From the NCBI GenBank assembly GCA_024704765.1, contig JAKMXF010000222.1:558001-622000 (forward strand): DNA of 64,000 nucleotides. The letters run 5' to 3'. This stretch comes from Oopsacas minuta. Taxonomy: Eukaryota; Animalia; Porifera. Shown one piece after another: positions 13,101-25,385 of the stretch (position 1 is the stretch's first letter; every line of letters starts with the position of its first letter). The position numbers and the translations under genes are program-made. The notes under the pieces were generated by a model, which was given only the letters and a program-made list of their open reading frames with translations, was not told the DNA's origin and did not search any database.

Positions 13101-14809
13101 GGGCCTCAAATTAACCTGGTTTTAATAGAGATTAAACAGGTGGGCCGTTTGTCGTTACCCCTGAAAGGGAGACATAAGTGTATCTACACTCACTACGCCC
13201 TCCAAGAATTTCAAATATACGTACAATAGAACATAATCAACTCCTGTTATATCAAAGTTGAATACAGTAGGGCCCATGATATAGCCGGCGTGGTCCGGTT
13301 TAAACCACTTTTGGAGCTATTAGTTTCAGTACTGCTATGTTAAGTGAGATTTTGACCGGACCACTTTCTTAGAGCTGATACGGCTTAACTGGACCAGTCT
13401 CTAGGAATAAGAATACTTTGAAGTAATATCCATAAAATAGATATATTTTACACATTAGCGGCTTCTCATATTTTGAACTCCTTTTGAATTTATTGATGAC
13501 TTTTCACGGCAATAGCGATGAATTTGGAGCCTGGGGAGTCCAGAGACTTCAGAACCCCCTAAGGTACCCAAACTTGGCGCCTATGTGAATATTAGCAGAC
13601 TCCGCTTAATAGGATCACATTAGGACCAGGCCATTTTGACCTGATCAAGCGGAATAAAGGTGTTATTTAACACTATTTGTATGGTTCTGTTTCTGGCGAA
13701 GTGACCCGATTAAACGGTGGCTCTATTAAGCGTAGTCTAGTGTTGTTCCTGACGATGTTCTTATAACCAAAATACACTCACCGCTTATATCAAAGTGAAA
13801 ATTTCTTACAAAGGCAATTATCCACAAAATTAAATCCCGCATCACAGAAGGAACACACATTGGCCCATTTAAGTTTGATATGACGGGAGTTGAGTGTACG
13901 TTCAACTTGACAAAACAATATATAAGAAAAGCGTAAATTATACAATGTAGTGTCTATGAATCAATGCCCAACTGTAATCTATTGCCACTCTTGTTATGAA
14001 TATTTCTTTGTGTAGAACTAACTTTGAATTAAGTACCATTTGTTCAGGAAGTGGGTTATCTCAGCAGTTCCTTGTTCTGAACTTATCAATTCTGCTACAG
14101 GGATGAATGTAATAGGTAGTCGGGATGTTGTAGAGTTAAAGCATAATAATAAATAGACTTTGTGCAAAACTGAGGTTACATATAATGGAACCTGTAGCAA
14201 CCAATGCAAAATTATATCTTTAGTTAATTATTTCAACACCTCTATCTGCCTCTTCATTATAGATGCATAATGGAGGGTTCCTTAACAAAGTATTAATGTA
14301 ACCAAGTATTGGCTTTTCACTAACTAAGTTACGATAATATTCTTGAGTGATAGAAATATCTGTAATTCTGTCATTGAAAATCTATTAGATGATATAGCTT
14401 CAGTTTTTCTGTCTAAAGCATTCTTGAGACCTCAGGTTAAAAAAATTATCTCTACAATTATTCCATTGAGCTACCTTGACAGTTGAACTGTTTATGAAAA
14501 ATATTTGTGACAGATGTATGCTGAAGACTTCTCCACAAAATTTTCGCAAACTACCATATATATGACGTGCATGTACAGTCTCTACATCAGAATGTTGCAG
14601 ATAGTAACTTTCCAACCTTTTTGTGAAATAATAGATTTATTCTATTCCATATCAGAACGTTACCACAAAAGAACGAATTCCAATTGTAAATCATAATCCA
14701 TTTTAAAGTATTCATTGCTAACGACGCTACTGACTGCTCTATGCGTATATTAATTGAAGATACAGTTATGTTTTATAACATAAATTTGAAAAGAATTTAT
14801 CTTACTTGA

Positions 14810-15712
14810 ATGACTTTCTCGAAATTCAAATGTATGTATGTAATATTATTGGTAGTTATTGCAATTCAGTATTTGTTTATGTTCTGTTATGATCCGTATG
14901 CATTGTGTTTCATGAATAAAGATTGTAATGCAAAAGCTGGGACAAATAAAGTCCCATTACTCTTGTACATAATAATAATCACTGCCCCCGATAAATATCT
15001 TCAGAGGGAAGCAATTAGAAACAGTTGGGTAAAAACACTCATTAATAATAATTCTATGAAATATGCATTCTTTATTGGAGATATTGGAATATCAAAATTA
15101 CAAATGGATGCTGTTAAGGAAGAAATAGATAAGTTTAGAGATATTGTGATATTAGACGATGTGGATGAGGTATACACTAAGCTTTCCAGGAAAGTATTAC
15201 AAGCTTTCGCATGGACATATAGATATATTGATGCTGTCTACTATCTAAAAACTGATGATGATTGTTTTATTGTAATTGACAATTTGTATGCAACTCTAAC
15301 TAATGGCAATCTGGTAACCAAGAAGCTTATATTTGGAAAAATAGCAAAATTCTACAGGGTGCTCAGGGATGGGAAGTGGGCAGAACCTAATTGGTTTCTC
15401 TGCGGAATATACCTTCCCTACTCGCTAGGTCTTGGATATATTATCACTCAAGATGTTGTCAATTACTTAACAGGTAACTCAAACAGATTGATGCATTACA
15501 ACAATGAAGATACTTCACTAGGATCATGGATTGCTCCACTTGAGCTTGAGTATGTGAATGAAGATAGAATACTGAATCTCGTATATCCCTCTCCTTGTGA
15601 GACAGCCATCTGGTTGATACATGGCTGTGATCCAAAAGATATGATTGATATTCAGTCTTCCATGCTGAATGGTACAGACATATGTGATTGGTGGTATAAC
15701 AGTTACTATTGA
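14810..15712 (+). CDS. B3GALT6: Beta-1,3-galactosyltransferase (GT31), B3GALT6-like, copy 2, 300 aa, intronless
   Basis: Type II TM, ITAP..REAIRNSW, KLSRKVLQAF.W, YYLKTDDD, GKWAEPNWFLC..YLPYSLGLGY, NEDTSLGSWIAP. Confidence 0.8.
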   Translation: MTFSKFKCMYVILLVVIAIQYLFMFCYDPYALCFMNKDCNAKAGTNKVPLLLYIIIITAPDKYLQREAIRNSWVKTLINNNSMKYAFFIGDIGISKLQMDAVKEEIDKFRDIVILDDVDEVYTKLSRKVLQAFAWTYRYIDAVYYLKTDDDCFIVIDNLYATLTNGNLVTKKLIFGKIAKFYRVLRDGKWAEPNWFLCGIYLPYSLGLGYIITQDVVNYLTGNSNRLMHYNNEDTSLGSWIAPLELEYVNEDRILNLVYPSPCETAIWLIHGCDPKDMIDIQSSMLNGTDICDWWYNSYY

Positions 15713-16139
15713 GTTTATAGTAAATTACCACAAATTTATTATACCTATACTCGTTAATACGAAATTTAGATAGTGCCATCCATAATGAAATATACACAGT
15801 GGCTCATCCAGGAATTGTTGTTAGGTGGGATAATAATCCAGCTGAGGGTCTTGGGGGGCTATAAGCCCCCCAGTGTCCAGAGGTTTCGCCCTGGACGACA
15901 AGCCTTATTAGCCACAACATTAGTTGCCTCTCTACTGTCAGGTAACTTCGAATCTCGAATTTATTTCACTTAAGTGTGTAAGAAAATACTCTTTTGGCTT
16001 GGAAAGTTTTCGATTGACTATGTAGCTACATTGCGTCATTGTGCATATGATTATGTTGTGTTCATTTGCACAAGCTAATATTCAAGTATATTAGCTACTT
16101 TTAAGTTTTGTTTCAACTTGGAGACACGTTTCATAAGCT

Positions 16140-16375
16140 TTTTTGTCATTGTCAGTTGTCAAGGAAAGGATTTATGGAATGTGGTATTGAATTCTAATTT
16201 CTCAATTATGAGATGTCACATAACTATGTATTTATCGTGTTTATCAAGAATGTAAACAGAATTCTATATAACTAAAATAAATATATCAAATATGCTGAAT
16301 CTGATTTTCACACTTTTGAATTAATCATATGTAAATTTATTGTTGTTTGGATGAATTAAGTAAACAAACAGTTGA
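16140..16375 (+). repeat. Dispersed repeat family with (GTYT)n head and core caaggaaaggattt..cataactatgtatttatcgtgtttatcaag..atgctgaatc.gattttcacac
   Basis: Recognisable copies at ~58075-58300 (+), ~38435-38645 (-) and ~62780-63230 (+); partial copies at ~2590-2670 and ~53830-53915. Confidence 0.7.
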
Positions 16376-19300
16376 AATATATAAAATTTTCACACTATAC
16401 AAAAGTTCTTTTACATCTTAAGCAAAAGGACCTTGTATAGTGTGAAAATTTTACTTTTGCCAAGTAGACATGTAGATATCTCTGAAAATTTCGAAAATAC
16501 CTTCTTCAAATAGGAAGGTAGAAACCCATTTATGCATGTATACAAGGTAAAACCCCTTCTAAACAATATTCTATCAACCCATAGATGTCAACCTGGCGTC
16601 CTTCCAAGCCCTGAGATTTCTTCTCAAAACGTGAGATTTGGCATTTCATCATCAAAGTATACAGCGAAGAATCATAAAATAGTGTGAGATTACCCTTTTG
16701 GACCTCTGATAAATCTTGAGACTCAATTGACAAGTCACTGGCATATTACTAACAAACATCAGTCAACTCGTAATAGTTACTAACTCGACAATCGCAAATT
16801 TTAGTAAATTACAAATTAAAATATCTCCCACCGTTGTGTTGTACTAGCGTATTTTAACGCGTTATCCAAGGTGTTGTCGAGCGTATTTAAATTACTTAGT
16901 GGAAAAGAGGTCTTAGATGTTGCCTTAGGGTATTTTAACACACTTTCAGGTTGTTGTCTAGCGTATCTATCATGAGATATAGAGGTACGACGTGCAAATT
17001 CCTACAAGGGGGATAGGTTACTGAAATCACTATATTGGTTCGAATATCTATCTTTCGAACAATTGCCAACATAAATTTATTCGAACTAATTCATATCTAA
17101 CTTACGAACCAATGAAAACATAAATATCTTGCCAAATATAATTAATCAAGGCACACCTGTCAAGTGAGAATTCAACAGTAATTTACCCGCTATGTCAAAA
17201 TTATTATAGATATACGCTATATATGTAAATGATCGTTTTAAAGTTCTAATTCTTCCTGACTTTAACAATTTATCTCCAGAGGCCCAGAAAAGTAGGACTC
17301 GATTTGTTTAGGTGGCACTCCTAACAATGCTCTGTAGTTGAGAACCACTGAACTAATGTATATGTTCCGCCTAAGGTATGAATATTCATACAAAGTATTT
17401 TTCCATAGAGTTATATCTACATGTGCTGCGCCAAGTTGGACAATTCATACTTGCCCGGACATATATCTTACTTTCGAACTAATGTCAACATCAGAATTAA
17501 TTCGAAGTTTTCGAACTAATGCGGGGCGCCCCATCTTAGCTTACTTTTTGCTTAAGATTTGCTCATTAAAGAAAATGCATAGATTTTAGTTAGGCGCCAG
17601 CGCCTACTCATTTTTAATAGCTCGAAAATTACTTTAGAAGTCAATATACAAAATATCGAAAATTGTAATACAAAAGTTGGCTCGTTGTTAAGTTACAGTA
17701 GAGACCATTGATGACGAATTTTTATGAATATTCAATTATAACTCGAGGATCGTTAAAATAATGGTAACATCTTAATAGCCAATTTATACTCTATACCGAA
17801 ATCCCCATACCCTTGATATACAGTTTTTGTACAACTTCGGAAACTTGGCTTCCAGATTCTATAGTGTTGTTTTAATGCATTTCGCTAATCCGAGCAATTT
17901 CACGAAGCCGGACGAATTATTTTTGCAATCTGAACAGTGGTGTTCGAATTAGCGAGGGTCTACTGTAACAGTAATTATTGTGAACTCCCCACTCCAATAA
18001 GCGAGGATTATACTACTGAAATGTACATTTTATTGTACAAAGTTCTCTGCAATAAAAAAAGAAGTGTAAACCTGTGTTTGATAAAGTGCGTATTATCTGG
18101 AGTAAAATATATTAAGAGGTTGCGCGGAATTAGACCTTTGTCAGGTGTTAACTCGCAAAATTACAAGAAATAATGCAAAAGATAGATAATGTCAATACTG
18201 ATAAGTGATAATCACTCTACTGCATATATTAAAAATTACCATTCACAAGTGAGAATCTGAAGCCGATTTATATTGAATCGATATTCGCAGTGTGGGAATC
18301 TATTTTCTCGAATTAGTTTATGAACATTCGTTCTTTGCTGTATGTGTGTATCATATTTCAGGCATCAAATTCAAAAATGAAATTAACATATCTCACATAC
18401 ATATCAGATCATTATTACCTACGAACAGTTGGCGGAGCTGCGTTCCATCAGCACTAATTTCCAAATAGACTGCGTTAAACATTTGACTTATTGCTACATT
18501 ATCTTTTTGTATTTTGTACAAAAATCTCTCTATTTCTTGATTTGCCATATTCTTTTGCAAAATTATGCAGAAGTGGAATTAAAGCACAAGAAAGTTTCGC
18601 TTGCACGCGAATACTTTGTGCCCGCGGTACCTTTTGGGTGCCTCTTGAATTCTAATTGATTTACTATTTATTTATATTCATATCAAACAGTATAACTACT
18701 CAGAATTATGGTTAAGTAATAGCCTATGCATAACCAATCGTCATTTCTAATAGTTAGTTGGCCTTGTGAAATGGCCAATACTTTACCTGTATTTCCCGTT
18801 CTGCGGCCTGTTCGCATGGTACTCAAACAATTATGGATCGATTAAGCAGAGTATAAAAATCGACAAAAATATGTTGGTGAATGCAGAGCTGTATTTCTAC
18901 AGATTGAGATTAATGGAATTGGTAATTTGAAAACATGTTTTGGTTAAATATATTATTGTTGAATATCATATATGAGGATTTCGTTGGTCATATTGGCAGA
19001 CTTGAAATGTTTGTGGTTTGTGGTTCTTTGCGTTTTCACACTTTTTGTCATTATCCACATAGAAATATTTATTAGTAGCGGCAATATTAAATAGTATCCG
19101 TTGGACCGAATAAATATGTAATTGGAATTTAACAATACACATTATGTATCTCTACAAACTATTTCCAAGTCGAAATGACGTCATTTGATTGCTTACTTAG
19201 AAAATTTGTCAACAATATGCTCGTAGTAAGTGACGATTTATCGAGTTATTAAAACTCTGTCAAGAGTCAATAAATACATTTACGATTGCATAGTTATTCA

Positions 19301-19633
19301 ATAGATCTAAGGCTATTCTTATGCAAAATATCAAATGTTTTTATCATGTTTGCTAGTTGCTGAGTTATAGTTGCAACCATGGATGCCACATTTTGCTGAT
19401 ATAACCCATCGATAACTTAACGATCTTTAATGTTATAGTCAAATACTCTGGGAAACATGAAGTATATAACCGATTTCCAATATCATGGTGATACATTTCG
19501 GTGAGAAATCTCCAAAGAATTGTGCAGAGTCATGAATAATACCATATATGGGCATTATCAGGTTTGCGTCATAATCGCCGGAGATATTATATCAAAATGT
19601 ATTATCAGGATATGGGAAATTGGGTATATACTA

Positions 19634-20945
19634 CAGGGTGTCTAGTAAGTTCTGTTATATGTCAATTCCCCAATAATTTCAAATTTATCCATTATAAACC
19701 CATGAAACCTTCTATTTTCTTAGGACTTATGTTCCTAATTACACATTACAAATATCATTCAATATAGCCTCCCTTTTTATGAATTACGGAAGTTAGTCTG
19801 CTCCGAAACTGATGGACAGCTTTTCGCAGCTCCTCCTGTGGGATTTTCTGCCATTCACTCAACACACTAACTTTGAGGGACTCCAAACTCTTGTGAGATT
19901 TCGCACAGGCCCTGCTCTCCAAGTTTGCCCAAACAGAATAGTCGAGTGGGTTTAAATCTGGGCTTGATGGTGACCATTCATCCTTACTTATGAAATCGAT
20001 ATTTTGCTCTCGGAACCAACCCTGGGATACTTTTGAAGCATGTGCAGGCGCAAGGCTTGTTGGTAAATCCAAGGATGGTTTTGAAAGAGCTTCTCGCCAG
20101 CAGACGCAATTTCAGGCTCCAAGATCGGCTCTCTGTAGGTCTGGGAGTTTATTTTCATTCCTTGGGGGACAAAAATCAGGTTTGTCCGTGAGTCTGCCGA
20201 CACTCCCGCCCATACCATCAGAGAAAGAGGCTTCTGGACTCTATCAATGTACTTGATGCTAACTGGGATATCCTGACTTCGAGAAGCAAGTATACGGTCG
20301 TTTTGACGATTGCTTGCCTCCTCAACAGTGAACAGCTTCTCATCTGAGAAGAGAATCTGATCTTCAGTCCCAGAAGCGAATCGGGCTTTTAGTTGTATGC
20401 ATCTTTTGAGTCGCTTACGATATATGGAGTCGTTAAGATGGTGTACGTTTTTCCTCTTATAGGACTTCATTCCTAGGTCCTCTACAACCAATTTCCGTAT
20501 CGTTTCGTGATTGAACACAGAATTCACGAGACATTTTTCGCATTGAACGCCGGGGATTTCTCAGGATTCGACATCTAACACTATTCTTCAGGGCTGGTGT
20601 GCGAGCGGATCTTGGACGACCAATTCGCTTCCTGTCAGACACGCTCCCAGTCTCAATATATCGTTTTATTGTGCGATAGATCAACGTGGGATTGACTTTA
20701 TCATTTTTTAGCCTTTTTAGAATTTCACTGTTGCTAAACCCAGATTCGTGAAAAGTGACAATTTTTGAACGAATTTCTTCTAACATGATTTTCTGGGAAA
20801 TCATCAACTTGAATGATATATACTTGGTATAATTCGAAAGAGCGCCAAAAATGCTACAAGAAATTCTAGAAGATTACTTCATAAGTATATTAATAGCTAC
20901 TGTCTAAGGCACCAAAATGTATAACAGAACTTATTAGACACCCTG
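19634..20945 (-). mobile_element. Full-length Tc1/mariner element, maT (DD37D) family, frameshifted transposase
   Basis: 26-bp TIRs cagggtgtcta(g/a)taagttctgttata with 1 mismatch and TA on both sides. The transposase is split over three frames (20807-20457 HTH with GRPR; 20527-19988 ILFSDEKLF, VWAG; 20072-19755 SPDLNPLDY). Repaired QQ(D)SAPAH..NPLD gives 37 residues between D2 and D3. Confidence 0.93.
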
Positions 20946-21044
20946 TATATGTTTCCAAGACGATTTGACTATGTCATAAAGTTGTCAAGTTATTGATGAA
21001 TATCAGCAAAAATGTGGCATCCATGGTTGCAAATGATATTTTGC

Positions 21045-21460
21045 GTGAGAATAGCCATAGATTCGGGGTCCATGCATTAATCCAAATTCCTATGTATGCA
21101 TTAGTCCAAATTTTTGGTGATCGAATGCGCACATTCACGGGAAAATTCGTCATTTACTTTTGTTGTTTTGAATCTAAATACTCTCAGCAACTCACAGCCT
21201 GATCCAGATCCAACGATAATCCAATCAATATCCATCACTACTATCCAAATAGTCTCCTAAAATGCTCATCTTCTCGGCTCAAGCCAATCTAGCTAGATAA
21301 TCCATGAAAATGCCAATTCTAGCACCTACCAACGTGAGTTCTAAATACTCTCAGCAACTCACAGCCTGCTCCAGATCCAACTCACGCAAACATCACCAAA
21401 AATTTGGGCTAATGCATATATACGAATTTGGACTAACGACGCGCGTCTCCATAGATTCTA
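21045..21460. repeat. MITE-like element with ~50-bp imperfect inverted ends and an internal 42-bp direct repeat
   Basis: atgcattagtccaaatttttggtgat (~21097) is inverted at atcaccaaaaatttgggctaatgcat (~21392). tctaaatactctcagcaactcacagcctg(a/c)tccagatccaac occurs at 21173-21214 and 21340-21381. Confidence 0.5.
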
Positions 21461-21983
21461 TTGAATAAGTTATGCAATCGTAAATGTATAAATTGACTCT
21501 TGACAGAGTTGTGGGGTACTATTTATAATTTAATATTGTCGCTACTAATAGATATCCCTATTTTGGTAATGACAAAGGTGTGAAAACCACAAAAACTCAC
21601 AAATCACAAACATTTCAAGTATGCCAATATGGCCAACGAAATTCCCATACAGGACTTCCTATTCAACAATAATATATTTAATACCAATAGAACTAACCGT
21701 TTTCGAACTATAACACACTTGCCTAACTTGATATAGACTCAGTCTGAGTTGAATACGAGTTTACTGTCCAGGTAATTTAGAAGTCCATGTCCTAGTGAAT
21801 TTTGTTCGGTAACCATATTCCCTAGTGAATAATGTTAGGAGAACGTTATTCAGGGGAAACACTATTCACCGTGATACCGGGGCTGACTATACCTGATGGT
21901 TTAATATTGTCGAATTTATTTCACCTTTCTAATCTTTTCTATATATTAGACTTAGCTTACTAGGATCACTTGCACTTTGTGAT

Positions 21984-22664
21984 ATGACTGAAAGTAGATC
22001 TGTTACAAAACTCCACTCTAACGATACCTTATCTTCTGTAGAGATTAGTCTAGAAGGGAAGATACTCCCCCCCTATGTGGATGAGAATTCTCTTATGCGA
22101 AATATCGAGGGAGACCTCTACGGTATGTGTTTGATATTCCCTGGTACGAGTGTTAACGAGTGGTTAGCTACTAACACTCTCGGATTCTTTACTCTAGTAG
22201 ATCTAATCGCTGCTTCTATAATGGAGTACTGTACCATTGATATGTGTCCCGAGATGACAGCTGGGGATACACAGTATTACTGGATAGATGAGAAAAATAA
22301 AAAACAAAAACTTCCCGCTCCTAATCACATTAATCTCGCTATGAGCTATATACAGACTCAGCTGCAGGATAGAAAAATATTTCCAACTAAATTCGGTCAC
22401 GAATTCTCTCCAGACTTTATCCACGTTATAAAGCGCATGTACAGACATATGCTACAAACTATAGCACATCTCTATTATCATCATTTCCAGATTCTGAAGG
22501 AGCTGAGCCTACATTGTTATCTCAATAGTTTACTGCTGCATTTTGCTTATTTCACTAAACATTTTGAGTTATTGGAAATTCAAGATTTAGAACCGCTTAG
22601 CGATCTAATTGAATTATTATTCAAAATTGATAGGAATGATTCAGCTGGGAAGAAAGCTGAATGA
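21984..22664 (+). CDS. MOB2: MOB kinase activator, MOB2-like, 226 aa
   Basis: NEWLATNT, YCT..MCPEM, TQYYW.DEK.KK, FPTKFG.EF, AHLYYHHF (Cys2His2 Zn site) and HxxLNSL. The WYDE/FPTKYG-like segments fit MOB2 better than MOB1. Confidence 0.88.
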   Translation: MTESRSVTKLHSNDTLSSVEISLEGKILPPYVDENSLMRNIEGDLYGMCLIFPGTSVNEWLATNTLGFFTLVDLIAASIMEYCTIDMCPEMTAGDTQYYWIDEKNKKQKLPAPNHINLAMSYIQTQLQDRKIFPTKFGHEFSPDFIHVIKRMYRHMLQTIAHLYYHHFQILKELSLHCYLNSLLLHFAYFTKHFELLEIQDLEPLSDLIELLFKIDRNDSAGKKAE

Positions 22665-24804
22665 ATATTTATTGCTATTATAAATTGTAATGTACAAGTA
22701 CGTATTTGATCATTAATTCTTGCTTCCAATGGAATCGTCAGCTATTGCCTACTAGTATAGGACATATCTTGAATCATAGCTATGCTTGCATAGGTCAGTG
22801 AAATTTATACACATGAAATACCGAATTTACTATTCTAAGAAATGCGTTAATAACTATAAATGTTCCCATATAATGGCGCTTAACTCCTCGTTTCGAAGCT
22901 CAAGGGCCGTGATAATTACTTCAATATAGGCGGAGTTTGATATAACTGATTAAGTTTAAGTTACTTTGACGGCTAATTAAGGACCATAATTGTACAATTT
23001 CAGACTTCGATATAACAAGAGTTGACTGTATTCAGGGATGGGATTATTGGAGTAGTGCTAGGCTAGTCTAGTTGATGATATATTTAAATATTAATAAGAC
23101 TTAATTAATAGTATGTTTGTATTTCTGCTGTTTCTGTCGAAATTCCCTCATAATAGTCACATATATAGTTATAATAGTAAGTTTTAATAGTTTATAACTT
23201 GATCAGAGGCATAGCTAGGACCGCTCAAAGGATGCGACATTGCCGCACCCTGGCAACGCCCCTGAACTTGATAAGTCCAATATTGGTTCCATGGCATTAC
23301 ACTAATCCATGGTAAATCCCAATCCAACAACTAGAGGAGTGTCGCAAAACCATGGTGTCCAGGCAAATGGAGAGCTTACAAGCTACACGCGCATGATTAT
23401 CAGCTAATATATCTCCAAGCTTATATAAAAATGGATGCCCTTCAGACGTATGATACTGAATACTACCTGATTGAAACCTTCTCAAAATGACTAGATTCAA
23501 CATATGTTTGGAACAAAATGTCGTTATCCGACAGTTACTAAACAATGAACTATCAACGAATGAAGCTATGTATAATCATAAAACAGTATGGTAATTGTAT
23601 ACAATTGAAGTCAATTCTAAAGCTACCATGTCAAGTTGTCCATCATTCAGTCACTCCCAAATTAAATAAAGAAAATATAATGGACAAAAAGGATGAATAG
23701 TAAAAAGTAATAAGAACACTCTTAGAGTTGTAGTCTAATTGGTTCTCATTACTGGCATGATTATAGAATCGGAATAAATAATACAGTATATATGAGAACG
23801 GTTTTCTATAATATGGTTCCTACATCCAAATGGATTTAAATGAAGTGTTCTCATAACCGACATCCTCTATATACTACACACCGGTTATAAGAACATGCCG
23901 GATATAAGAATAGTATGTCCAGTTCCCGACGATATCTTATAACCGGTATCCACTGTACACAACTTCCCAAACCCTTATATTAAATTTTGATATAATATCC
24001 ATAAAGATCATTCCGCAATCTCAAAAATGACCATATATATGGGCATATTCATGATTATGTCATATTAGTATGATATATCATATCAGAATGTATTATAAGG
24101 ATATGGCAAGTCAGGTATATACTATAAATATTGGCTATGCTGAATTGACCATAATTGTAACGGTTATCGAGTTATAAGAAGAGGATATTAACAAAACATA
24201 TGACATCCATGGTATGTGTGATAACGCAGAAAAATCGATAACCGACTTTATCATGACAAATTTTTTATATTTTATACAGAGAAGGTTTTAGATTGTTTGG
24301 AATTTCACCATTTTGAACATAGATTAATAATTAAAGTTTTACATAGTTTAAAAGATGGACCATTTTTTAATACATATTTGCCAATTACGCTAGAAGATGA
24401 CATCACTTCGATCTGTAAATCTTGATAAATGTGGCTTTTGTGAATTCTTGCATATCAATAATACATTTAATTGGGTGAAAATGTACCAGTTTCATATTAT
24501 CGACGATTATAGAATTTCCCATTAAAATATATCCACTTCCTTTTATCCCTGGTCCAGTGAAAATTGACTCAGTGATCAGGCCTTATCTTTAGTGGCCATG
24601 GTTTAACACAATATCACTGAGTTATTGGAGGTACTGGCCTGGGCCCGCAAGAGGGGGAGACTGTTACCAAAGTAACAGGACCCGGGATCAGTTGGGGGGC
24701 CCGATAGCAATGCATACGAGAGCTACTATGAAGTTACGTTTGGGAGAGAAAGGAGAATACTGTTATAGTAGACCCTCGCTAATCCAAATTTCGTGGAAAA
24801 CAGA

Positions 24805-25385
24805 GGAAAGGGGAAATTTTCAAAATTACTTCATTTTCGCATAGATGCGGGTGATGAATTACTTAAAAAGCATATGGAATCAGCCGATATGAACGCAAAA
24901 TATATCTCATCAACTATTCAAAATGAACTTAGTGAGGATTGTGGATAGGGGCGGATCAAGGATATAGTCTCAGGGGGGGGCCAAGTTGCGAGCGAAGCGA
25001 GCTATCGCTAAGTGGGGTCTGGGGCGCAAGCCCCTAAGAAAATTTTTAAATGTTATACGCTGAAATAGCGAACTACAGCTATTTCTACCAGCTATGGAGG
25101 AACAATTTAAGTTAATTTATCCTATTAGTTATTCATTTTGAGACAGAAAATAAGATCTCAAAATCTCAGGGGGCCTATGGACCCCCAAACCCTCCCCCTG
25201 TATCCGCCCCTGATTGTGGACAAGTTATTGTTGATAGGATTGTATAAGAAGTAAATAATTCCTCTGGTTTACCATACTTGCTGATGAAACAGGAGATATA
25301 AACGGACAAGAATAGTTATCAATTGCTGTACGATTCATCGAGAAGACTACAGGAAAACCGAAAATTCTAGAAAAATTCCTCGTAA
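24805..25385 (+). pseudogene. hAT transposase relic (DUF4371/ZMYM1-THAP12-like), interrupted by a MITE
   Basis: NRG...LLHFRIDAGD.LLKKH...NAKYISSTIQNEL..CG | QVIVDRIV*EVN..(F)TILADETGDINGQE*LSIAVRFI. It contains stops and a frameshift. Confidence 0.85.
24946..25212. mobile_element. 267-bp hAT-type MITE with 8-bp TSD
   Basis: TIR (t)aggggcggat / atccgcccctg. Exact TSD attgtgga at 24938-24945 and 25213-25220. Confidence 0.9.

Noticed and set aside
21105-21120. Sm-site-like AATTTTTGG suggesting an snRNA
   Set aside because: It is part of a MITE inverted terminus, and no snRNA structure is recognisable.
18945-21685. ~150-bp inverted repeats flanking the first maT element, suggesting a composite transposon
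   Set aside because: The copies are clearly diverged, no TSD is visible, and they are best explained as two dispersed repeat copies in opposite orientation.
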